Part shown: positions 18,865-26,934 of the stretch, in pieces
Layout of the letters: each line of letters opens with the position of its first letter
How positions within the stretch are numbered: position 1 is the first letter of the stretch
Made by a program: the position numbers and the translations under genes
Notes under the pieces: model-generated
The model's database searches: none
Told to the model about the DNA's origin: nothing
The model's input: only the letters and a program-made list of their open reading frames with translations
From: Flavobacteriales bacterium
GTDB taxonomy: Bacteria; Bacteroidota; Bacteroidia; CAIKAF01
Length of the DNA: 42,843 nucleotides
Assembly: GCA_044345355.1 (NCBI GenBank)
Contig: JBIJBG010000002.1
Coordinates: 1 to 42,843 of the forward strand
Direction: 5' to 3'

Positions 18865-19021
18865 GGCGGGGCACCCACAAGGCGAAAAATCCGTAAAAGG
18901 ATGGGTCAAAAGGCACCGCAGGGGCCGGCTTCCCATCCTTTAGGATTTGAGACGGATGTGGGTCGCCGAAAATCCGCAGCCTTGATTTTTTTGATTCTTT
19001 TCTCATCAAGGAAAAAAGAAT
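18865..19021. repeat. GC-rich nested palindromic element inside the ppx-associated insertion
   Basis: Nested pairings are GGCG 18865-68 / CGCC 18964-67, ACCCACA 18873-79 / TGTGGGT 18957-63 and AAAGGATGGG 18896-905 / CCCATCCTTT 18932-41. A second hairpin region follows: CCTTGAT 18980-86 / ATCAAGG 19005-11 and ATTCTTTT 18994-19001 / AAAAGAAT 19014-21. Confidence 0.5.
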
Positions 19022-19180
19022 GCCTTGCGGCGAGCAATAAAGATAAACTCTTTATCCTTTTCTGCATACCCACACTACAAATAGCTTAGTGAAACAAATC
19101 TGCCACTGAAAAATTAAAATAAACTTATTATTATTATGTAAAGATGAAAAAATTAGCGGGCAAGTTGGGAGAGGGCCCTG

Positions 19181-20086
19181 CTACTCTGTGAGCGTTTCCC
19201 GTTCCTTTTCCACCTGCTCCCTGTAAAGCTCTTTGATAATGCCGTCACTCAGTCCGATTTTTGGCACCTGAATTTGTTTTATCTCGGCGTATTTTGTGAT
19301 GAACAGATAAATTTCACAGGCCGGAATAATCACATCAGCCCGATCGGTATTAAGACCAAGAATATGCGTGCGGTCATCGTAGCTCATGGAACGGAGGGTT
19401 TCATACATGTCTTTCAGCTTTTTTACGGATAGTGGCTTTCCCTCTTTCAGAGCGGCCAACTTATGCAATCGGTTGATATTGCCTCCAGACCCGATTCCGA
19501 TAAGCTCCCCATCTGTTTTTTCCCTGATTTCTTTGGCGTATCCCTTCACTTTTTTCCAAGTTTCTTCTGCCACCCGGTCGCTCAACATTCTCACGGTGCC
19601 TAAATTAAATGAAGCCGACATGATTTTTTTATTTTTGGAAAACAGGGTAAGCTCGGTACTTCCGCCTCCGACATCAATAAACAGGTACGACTTTTTGGGG
19701 TCCGGGTTTTCAGTTATTTTATTGGTAAAAATAACGTCGGCCTCCGTATTGCCATCGATGATGTTAATGACTATTCCCGTTTCAAAAAAAACCTTTTGAA
19801 TTACCTCCAGGCCATTTTCCGCCTCACGCATGGCGCTCGTGGCGTATGCCCGGTAAGCGGACACCTCATGTACATCCATGAGGGCCTTGAATGCCGCCAT
19901 GCTTCGGATGAGTTTTCTGATTTTTTTTTCTGAAATAACTCCTTCTGTAAACACATCCTCACCCAATCTTATGGGCAATCGGGTGAGGGATATTTTTTTA
20001 AATACCGGCTCTTTATCGTCTACAAACACATTGTAAAAAAGAATTCGAATGGCATTGGAACCTATATCGATGGCGGCGAACTTCAA
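19181..20086 (-). CDS. ppx: Ppx/GppA-family exopolyphosphatase (short form, actin-like ATPase domains only)
   Basis: N-terminal FAAIDIGSNAIRIL, plus DVGGGSTEL and GIGSGGN phosphate-binding motifs. 301 aa with no C-terminal HD domain. TTG start at 20086, with an in-frame stop immediately upstream and no ATG before the conserved AAIDIGSN. Confidence 0.85.
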   Translation of the reverse strand: MKFAAIDIGSNAIRILFYNVFVDDKEPVFKKISLTRLPIRLGEDVFTEGVISEKKIRKLIRSMAAFKALMDVHEVSAYRAYATSAMREAENGLEVIQKVFFETGIVINIIDGNTEADVIFTNKITENPDPKKSYLFIDVGGGSTELTLFSKNKKIMSASFNLGTVRMLSDRVAEETWKKVKGYAKEIREKTDGELIGIGSGGNINRLHKLAALKEGKPLSVKKLKDMYETLRSMSYDDRTHILGLNTDRADVIIPACEIYLFITKYAEIKQIQVPKIGLSDGIIKELYREQVEKERETLTE

Positions 20087-20153
20087 TTAATTCAGGATTA
20101 TGAATTCAACAAGCGTACAGTGAAAATGAAAAAAGCCGAAATCCCCATTACGA

Positions 20154-21239
20154 TTAACCGACCTCCGGCACCCTGTTTAAGGCATCCTCAGCCTGATTAA
20201 TCCCCTGAACCCGTTTATTCATTACGGCAAACCACAAAGGGGGCACCAAAGACATCAACATACATCCCGGATAACCCGTGGGAAGTTGGGGCGATTCATC
20301 AAAATGCCGGAGCACCTGGAATTTTCGCTGGTCTTTATAATGATGATCGCTGTGCCGGGTAAGTTCATACAGGAAAATTCGGCCCACCTCATGATCGCTG
20401 TTCCAGGAGTGAACCGGTTTTACTTTTTCGTAAACTCCCGGGGCTACCTCTCTGCGTCGTAAACCATAGTGTTCCACATAATTCACGGTTTCTAAAAGCA
20501 AAATTCCAATCAGAGAAACGGCCAGATAGCAAAGTAAACCCTTCCCTCCGAAAACCAAAAGAATCCCTGAGGCAAAAAGCAACTGAAACAAGGTAAACCG
20601 AATCATTTCATTCTTCCAAGACCACGCCGACTCGCCGGATCGTTTCATACGCATGTTTTCTAATCTCCAAGCGGAAAGATAAGACATGATGATTGTGCGG
20701 AAATAGAAAAAATAAATAACTTCATTCAGCCGTGAGGAAGCAGGATCCAGAGGAGTTGAAACGTTTTTATGATGCCCCCGGTTGTGCTCGATGATAAAAT
20801 GCATGTAATTGTTGGGCAACAGCAGCAATTTCGCCAGAACACGCTCAAACGGCTTTTTCCGGTGCCCGAGTTCATGCGCCACATTTATGCCCATAACCCC
20901 GAGACAAATGCCGACAGAGAAAATCATGCCAAGTAGTTCATGCCATGCCAACTCAACAGTGGTTATGCGCATCAGAAATAGAAAAAGAATGGAATACAGG
21001 ATGGGCACATTCAGGTATAACAAAAAATCAAAAAACCATCTACCCGACCGGCTCTGTTCCTCCGATTCGGGGTAATTGTAGGTACTGAAAGGAAGAAGCA
21101 ATTCCAGTGATGGAATGATAACAAAGCCAAGAATAAGTACTGACCAGGGCTGCCATCCGGCACCGAAAACAGCGGCAAAGGCTGCCAATGGCAACAAATA
21201 AGCAATCAAGTATTTTCCGTCGCGCCAAATTTGCTTCAT
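20154..21239 (-). CDS. alkB: Alkane 1-monooxygenase-like integral-membrane di-iron hydroxylase (AlkB / fatty-acid-desaturase superfamily)
   Basis: All four AlkB histidine boxes are present: HELGHR, EHNRGHH, NYVEHYGL and LTRHSDHH. The start was moved to ATG 21239 (MKQIWRDGKY...). Confidence 0.8.
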   Translation of the reverse strand: MKQIWRDGKYLIAYLLPLAAFAAVFGAGWQPWSVLILGFVIIPSLELLLPFSTYNYPESEEQSRSGRWFFDFLLYLNVPILYSILFLFLMRITTVELAWHELLGMIFSVGICLGVMGINVAHELGHRKKPFERVLAKLLLLPNNYMHFIIEHNRGHHKNVSTPLDPASSRLNEVIYFFYFRTIIMSYLSAWRLENMRMKRSGESAWSWKNEMIRFTLFQLLFASGILLVFGGKGLLCYLAVSLIGILLLETVNYVEHYGLRRREVAPGVYEKVKPVHSWNSDHEVGRIFLYELTRHSDHHYKDQRKFQVLRHFDESPQLPTGYPGCMLMSLVPPLWFAVMNKRVQGINQAEDALNRVPEVG

Positions 21240-21390
21240 ACTCCGTGTAATTCTCCCCAAAAATAGCCGAATCCGACTAAAAACAAAAGAGAAAATGACA
21301 AAAAAGCGTATTTGCGTTTCCAATCGATCTCATTTGCCTTTTCCGGCAGAAATTTTGTTACATTTGAAATCGTATTTTAATATTTCAAAT

Positions 21391-22125
21391 ATGAATAAAA
21401 TCATCACGGTAGTTTTTTCGCTAATGCTGTTTTCGGGAGTTAATGCCCAGAGTCTGAACATTCAGATAATCGATGAAGCAGGGAACGACGTAAACAACGG
21501 ATATTATGCCGTTCCATCCGTAAATCAGGCTGCGGGGAGCTATACAAATATTAAATTCAAACTGAAAAATAACGGCACTGAACCCCTTGATATTCGCGTT
21601 CGACGGGACAATGTGCAGATGCCCGCAGGGTATAATAATACCATCTGCATAGACGGCTTCTGTTATCCGGCTACTTCTGAAGAATCTCAATTCCCGCTCG
21701 TTTTAAACGCGGGAGCCGTGGATTCTTCCTTTTATGGTACATTTAACAACCCGGAAGGCAGCACGGGGGATTTGTGTGTAACCTATACCATTTTCAATAA
21801 CAACGATGCCAACCAGTTCGTTACCGTTCGTGCTTATTTTGGAACCTGCCTCACAGCGTCAACGGAAGACCATATGAACGAGGTTGCCCTGCTGAGTGCC
21901 TTCCCCAACCCGGCCAACGGTCAGGTTACCATTAAGCACAACCTTAAATCGGCTGGTACGTTGCTGATAACGGATATCACCGGAAAAACCGTCAAAAACC
22001 AACGCATTTTAGCGGAAAGCACCAACGCCACAGTAGATATTTCTGATTTAAAACCGGGAATTTATGTGTATTCATTGGAAAGTGGTACAAAACGAATGAT
22101 TTCCAAAAAACTGGTTGTACGCTAA
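21391..22125 (+). CDS. Small secreted protein with T9SS type A C-terminal sorting domain
   Basis: The start at ATG 21391 gives the signal peptide MNKIITVVFSLMLFSGVNAQ. The C-terminus LLSAFPNPANGQVTIKHN...PGIYVYSLESGTKRMISKKLVVR matches the T9SS CTD pattern. Confidence 0.75.
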   Translation: MNKIITVVFSLMLFSGVNAQSLNIQIIDEAGNDVNNGYYAVPSVNQAAGSYTNIKFKLKNNGTEPLDIRVRRDNVQMPAGYNNTICIDGFCYPATSEESQFPLVLNAGAVDSSFYGTFNNPEGSTGDLCVTYTIFNNNDANQFVTVRAYFGTCLTASTEDHMNEVALLSAFPNPANGQVTIKHNLKSAGTLLITDITGKTVKNQRILAESTNATVDISDLKPGIYVYSLESGTKRMISKKLVVR

Positions 22126-22145
22126 AGCCCCTGTCAATTCAATAG

Positions 22146-22176
22146 AAAAGACCGACCTCACATCGGTCTTTTTTTA
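22146..22176 (+). terminator. Rho-independent terminator
   Basis: aaaAGACCGAcctcacaTCGGTCTttttttt. This is a 7-bp GC-containing stem (extendable by A-U pairs) followed by a T-run, 20 nt after the stop at 22125. Confidence 0.7.
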
Positions 22177-22226
22177 TGTACTTACCAAGAAGAAAGCAAT
22201 TCCAAAACTTACACTAATTTTGCACC

Positions 22227-22991
22227 ATGAAGGGTTTGATGTTGCTGCAATCGGAACTTACGGGCAATTTGGAAAAAGACCGTGATTTGCTGCTGCTGGG
22301 CATGGGCGGCCTTTTGGTTTTGGCTCTTGCCTCACTCATCATTTTAATTTTTGTTCTTTTACGCAGAGGAAAAAACAGGCAGACAGCCCAAAAACCCCCG
22401 GTTAATCCTGCAGAAAAAACCATACCTGCAGAAACCACCGCACAAGAAAAAACAACCCAACCTGAAATAACCCCCATTACCGAAAAAGAGCAGCCATCTT
22501 CCGAGTCAGGCCAAAAAGAAAATCAGGAACCCGAAACAGAGCCGGTTCAGGAAATAGCAGAGCCGAAAACACCCGAAATCCAAGAACCCTCTCCGGAAGA
22601 AAAGCTGGAAGAGATACGTCGAAGACTGGAAGAAATACGTAAAAATCCGCGGAGCGGCCCCGTACCCGTTCTTCCAAAAGTTGAAGCAAAAAAAAGGGAA
22701 GCGCAGACAGCAGGTCCAACCGTTGCCGCGCAGGAAATAAAGCCGCCAATTTTCGAGGAAACAGAGCAGATAACCCATACGGAAAATAAGTACGGAGCCG
22801 AATTGCCTATCGCCGGAATAAACCCCGCAACCGCAGAAGAGGAAGCACCTGTAGAAAATCCTTCTCCCGAAAACGACAAAAAAGAAGAAAACAAGGGAAC
22901 GTTCGTCACTAATAAGAACCTGCCCATGAAAAAACTCACCTTTGCAGAATGGGTAGAACTGTTTAAAGACCAGGACAGGTTAAAACCCTAA
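22227..22991 (+). CDS. Membrane-anchored Pro/Glu/Lys-rich low-complexity protein, unknown function
   Basis: One TM segment (LLLLGMGGLLVLALASLIILIFVLL) followed by ~180 aa of E/P/K/T-rich sequence and a short C-terminal segment (LTFAEWVELFKDQ). Its coding status is supported mainly by ORF length and purine-rich periodicity. Confidence 0.5.
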   Translation: MKGLMLLQSELTGNLEKDRDLLLLGMGGLLVLALASLIILIFVLLRRGKNRQTAQKPPVNPAEKTIPAETTAQEKTTQPEITPITEKEQPSSESGQKENQEPETEPVQEIAEPKTPEIQEPSPEEKLEEIRRRLEEIRKNPRSGPVPVLPKVEAKKREAQTAGPTVAAQEIKPPIFEETEQITHTENKYGAELPIAGINPATAEEEAPVENPSPENDKKEENKGTFVTNKNLPMKKLTFAEWVELFKDQDRLKP

Positions 22992-23040
22992 ACAAATTAC
23001 CTCAAAATACGTATATTTAACTGATTTTTTTTCGGTTATC

Positions 23041-26000
23041 ATGAATTCTCCCTTAAAATCAGCGGTAAGGTCTGGGGCGTGGTTGTATATACTATTGCCT
23101 TGTCTTTCTGCTGCGCAGGGTTTTACCGAAAACAAAGGGCAGTGGCAGGAGTCGTTTTTTTTTAAAAGTACGGGCAAAGCCTCCCAAATATTTGTCGAAA
23201 AAAATGCCCTGTATTTTCATGTCTGGGATGGGGCTGAACGGGCTGCTTTTTTAGAAGCAGCGCATGAACGCAAGGAATATTCCGGACCCGACAAACTCCG
23301 GCATCACGCCTACCGCATGAAATTTACGGGTGCCGATTCCGATTCTTTCATTGAAGCCTGCGGGGCATCTCCACATTATTACAATTATTATTTGGGGAAC
23401 GACTCCTCTCGCTGGAAAAGCGGGGTGCGTGAATTTGAACAGCTTCTCATTAAATCGTTATACCCCGGCATTGATTTACGTCTGAAAAAAAGCGGAGAAA
23501 ACGTGAAATACGATTTTGTGGTAAAACCGGGAGCCGATCCTGAAAAAATCCGCTGGACCTATGAGGGGATAGATAAGGTTAAAGAAACGGCGGGATCACT
23601 GGAATTAACTACATCCCTCGGGATAGTACGGGAAATGCCGCCGGAGGTATTTCAGGAATCCGATGGAAAAATGACTGAAGTCAGTTGTCGTTATAAAGTG
23701 AGAAAAAATGAAATCCGTTTTGAATTTCCTGACGGATATGATCAAACGCGGGAATTAATCATTGACCCATTACTCATTTTTTCCACGTTCACCGGGGCCA
23801 CGTCAGACAACTGGGGGTTTACCGCCACCTACGATAATGAAGGAAACGGGTATGCCGGCGGAATCACGTTCGGTTTCGGCTATCCGCTGAGTGCGGGAGC
23901 ATTTCAAACCTCCATGGCCGGGGGAGGATTAGACATTACGGTGAGTAAATTTAACGCCAACGGAACCGCACTTCTTTTTTCCACATATTTAGGCGGAAAC
24001 GGGCCGGAGATGCCTCATTCCATGGTGGTTGACAATCAAAACAATCTTATAGTCCTGGGCAATTCCGGCTCCACTGATTTTCCAACGACTGCGGGAGCTT
24101 TTGATCCATCCTTTAACGGAGGACCGGCCCTCAGTTATTGGGGAGGGTTGGCGAATTACATCAACGGAAGCGATATGGCCTTGGCAAAATTCAATGCTGC
24201 AGGAACAGCGCTTCTGGGAGCGACCTACATAGGAGGATCTGATAATGACGGTCATAATCTCGGTGCAGGCCTAAAATTCAATTATGCGGATGAATTCCGT
24301 GGAGAAGTCATTGTGGATAATCAGGGGAATATTTTAGGAACGGGTACTACGGCGAGCTTTAATTTCCCCACACTGAATCCTTTTCAGCCAACTTACGGCG
24401 GAGGAACAACGGATGCTTGTGTTTTTCGGCTGAATCCTAACCTGAGCGCATTGCAATTCAGCAGTTATTTCGGCGGGAACCAAAATGATGCGGGATACGG
24501 AATACAAACCAACTCATCGGGAGATGTCTATTTTTGTGGAGGTACGGAAAGTGCTAATTTACCGACCACGGCGGGCGTGGTAAACCCCACTTTCGGTGGA
24601 AGCGTAGACGGCTATCTCGTTCGGCTGAATAATTCCGGTAATGCCCTGCTGGCATGCACATACCTGGGAACCCCTCAATACAACCAATGTCATTTCGTAC
24701 AGATTGATGACTTAGACAATGTATATGCCACGGGACAAAGCATAGGGGGCTATCCGATTCAGGCAGGTCCTGCCGGAACGGTATTTTCTAACCCGGGAGC
24801 CGGTCAGTTTGTGCATAAAATGAATCAGGAGCTCACCGGCACGCTGATGTCCACCTGCTTCGGCGCCAATAATGCACAGGGCTTTAACATTGTACCATCC
24901 GCTTTTTTGGTGGACGTGTGCAACTACATCTATATCTCCGGCTGGGGTGGAAGCGTCAATACCTCAGGAGGAAACGTTTCCGGAATGCCGCTCACACCCA
25001 ACGCCTACCAAACCACCACCAACGGCAGTGATTTTTACCTGATCGTATTCAAGGAAAATGCCGTGGCCCTGCATTATGCCACTTATTTCGGCGGCTCGCC
25101 TCCCGAACATGTGGATGGAGGCACCAGCCGTTTTGATAAAGACGGTATCGTATACCAGGCCATTTGTGCCGGTTGCGGAGGAAACAGCCAAGTGCCCACC
25201 ACCCCGGGCGCCTTTAGCCAAACCAACGGATCTGCCAATTGCAACCTGGCTTTAATCAAATTTGATGTATCTGATTTTACCGCGATCATTGCCCCCGATG
25301 TGCCTCCGCAGGTTTGTGTGGGAGAAGATGTGTCATTTATTAACCAAAGCACGGGAGGCACTGAATTTCAGTGGTTTTTCGGAGACGGAACAGGCTCCGC
25401 TACCTATGATGCCCAACACACCTACAATACTTCCGGAACATATACGGTAATGCTGATTGCCTCACAACAGGCAGCCTGCATACCTTCGGATACGGCATTC
25501 GCGGAAATTACCGTGATACCCCCTCCCACGGCGCAAACCGGACAAGTTCCATTAATCTGCCCCGGTGATTCCGTAACACTTTCAGCCTCTGGAGGAACTT
25601 CTTATTTTTGGCTTCCCGCAAACGGGCTTCTTCCTGAACAAAATGCCTCTCCCACGCCTACGGTTTCTCCTTCCGCTACCACCAACTACACGGTTATCGT
25701 CACCGATCAGTGCGGAATTGATACGGCACAGGTGGTTGTTCCCGTAGTGAACTTTTCCATTCAGGTAAGCCAAAACGATACCATCTGCCTGGGAAATTCA
25801 ACTGTAATTACCGCCTCAGGTGGAAATTCATATCAGTGGACGCCCCCAACGGGCCTGAGTAACCCGGGCATCGCCGACCCAACCGCCACGCCTGCGGTAA
25901 ATACAGTTTATACCGTTACCGTTACAGGACCGCAAAATTGCATCCTGCAAGACTCCGTACGCATTCAGGTGGATGTTTTCCCCGCTACCGATGCCGGACC

Positions 26001-26931
26001 CGACCTTACCATCTGCAACGGATCGTCTGCCCAGCTTCAGGCTTCAGGAGGCAGTTTTTTTACCTGGTTTCCACCTCTTGGACTCAATAACCCCAATATA
26101 CCGAACCCCATGGCCTCTCCTACCGAGACCACCGCATATATCGTAACGGGAACAAACAGCTGCGGATTTGATACGGACACCTTAACCATAAACGTAAAAA
26201 CGGTAATCACCAGTGCCGGCCCGGACACCACGTTGTGCCCGGGAGAATCTGCCGTTCTATTCGCCGGCGGCGGAGTCACTTATCTGTGGTCTCCATCCGC
26301 CTACCTGAGCAGTACTACATCTCAATTTCCGGTTTGCACGCCCGAAGGAACCATCACCTATTCCGTACTTATCACCGACAACATCGGCTGCACGGCATCC
26401 GATACGGTGCAGATTTTTCTTTTTCCGCCCCAATATCCGAGCGCAGGTCCTGATCTGGTAGTAGAATTCGGAGAAACCGAAACTCTCACCGCCTCGGGCG
26501 GATCAGGCAACTATCTTTGGGCTCCTCCTACCTATCTTTCCTGTACATTATGCCCAAATCCCACGGTTACGCCGGAACAAACCCAAGGATATACCCTCAT
26601 CCTCACCGATTCCAATAACTGCAGTTTTTCCGACACCGTTACCGTTTTTGTTCCGGGAGATATCTGGGTCCCCAACGTATTTACCCCGGGCGATGTAAAC
26701 GGATTGAACGATTTTTTTCTGAGCCTGGGAAGAGATATTGCCCGTGTGGAAATGATGATTTTTAACCGTTGGGGGGAGCTCCTTTTCCGCTCCGAAGACA
26801 AAAATTACGGATGGGACGGCACCTATCGGGGCAAAATATGTCCCGTGGGTGTTTATGTGTGGAAGATAAATTACCAAGACCTTACCGGGCTTGAAAAAAT
26901 GTTGATGGGGCACGTTACCTTGCTCAGATAA
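23041..26931 (+). CDS. Large surface protein: DUF7948-like N-terminus, SBBP beta-propeller repeats, PKD domain, five Ig-like CxGxS..L.ASGG..Y.W.P modules, and a gliding-motility-associated C-terminal domain (CHU_C / T9SS type B)
   Basis: Signal peptide. FTENKGQWQE start motif. Repeated ...STYLGG / ATYIGG / SSYFGG / ATYFGG SBBP units. PKD (FGDGTGSATYDAQHTYNTSGTYTVMLIA). Five modules, e.g. ICPGDSVTLSASGGTSYFWLP. The C-terminus PNVFTPGDVNGLNDFF...FNRWGELLF...GWDGTYRGK...GVYVWKI is the type B sorting-domain signature. Confidence 0.85.
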   Translation: MNSPLKSAVRSGAWLYILLPCLSAAQGFTENKGQWQESFFFKSTGKASQIFVEKNALYFHVWDGAERAAFLEAAHERKEYSGPDKLRHHAYRMKFTGADSDSFIEACGASPHYYNYYLGNDSSRWKSGVREFEQLLIKSLYPGIDLRLKKSGENVKYDFVVKPGADPEKIRWTYEGIDKVKETAGSLELTTSLGIVREMPPEVFQESDGKMTEVSCRYKVRKNEIRFEFPDGYDQTRELIIDPLLIFSTFTGATSDNWGFTATYDNEGNGYAGGITFGFGYPLSAGAFQTSMAGGGLDITVSKFNANGTALLFSTYLGGNGPEMPHSMVVDNQNNLIVLGNSGSTDFPTTAGAFDPSFNGGPALSYWGGLANYINGSDMALAKFNAAGTALLGATYIGGSDNDGHNLGAGLKFNYADEFRGEVIVDNQGNILGTGTTASFNFPTLNPFQPTYGGGTTDACVFRLNPNLSALQFSSYFGGNQNDAGYGIQTNSSGDVYFCGGTESANLPTTAGVVNPTFGGSVDGYLVRLNNSGNALLACTYLGTPQYNQCHFVQIDDLDNVYATGQSIGGYPIQAGPAGTVFSNPGAGQFVHKMNQELTGTLMSTCFGANNAQGFNIVPSAFLVDVCNYIYISGWGGSVNTSGGNVSGMPLTPNAYQTTTNGSDFYLIVFKENAVALHYATYFGGSPPEHVDGGTSRFDKDGIVYQAICAGCGGNSQVPTTPGAFSQTNGSANCNLALIKFDVSDFTAIIAPDVPPQVCVGEDVSFINQSTGGTEFQWFFGDGTGSATYDAQHTYNTSGTYTVMLIASQQAACIPSDTAFAEITVIPPPTAQTGQVPLICPGDSVTLSASGGTSYFWLPANGLLPEQNASPTPTVSPSATTNYTVIVTDQCGIDTAQVVVPVVNFSIQVSQNDTICLGNSTVITASGGNSYQWTPPTGLSNPGIADPTATPAVNTVYTVTVTGPQNCILQDSVRIQVDVFPATDAGPDLTICNGSSAQLQASGGSFFTWFPPLGLNNPNIPNPMASPTETTAYIVTGTNSCGFDTDTLTINVKTVITSAGPDTTLCPGESAVLFAGGGVTYLWSPSAYLSSTTSQFPVCTPEGTITYSVLITDNIGCTASDTVQIFLFPPQYPSAGPDLVVEFGETETLTASGGSGNYLWAPPTYLSCTLCPNPTVTPEQTQGYTLILTDSNNCSFSDTVTVFVPGDIWVPNVFTPGDVNGLNDFFLSLGRDIARVEMMIFNRWGELLFRSEDKNYGWDGTYRGKICPVGVYVWKINYQDLTGLEKMLMGHVTLLR

Positions 26932-26934
26932 TTT

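Noticed and set aside
18567-18878. 103-aa minus-strand ORF in the track
   Set aside because: Only its last 27 residues are meaningful (the relic ppx C-terminus). The remainder reads through AT-rich non-coding sequence and the edge of the palindromic element, so it is treated as a pseudogene fragment.
22477-22939. Three overlapping minus-strand ORFs (90, 90 and 130 aa)
   Set aside because: They are an artefact of the purine-rich (GAA/AAA/CCx) sense strand of the P/E/K-rich gene, which removes stop codons from the antisense frames.
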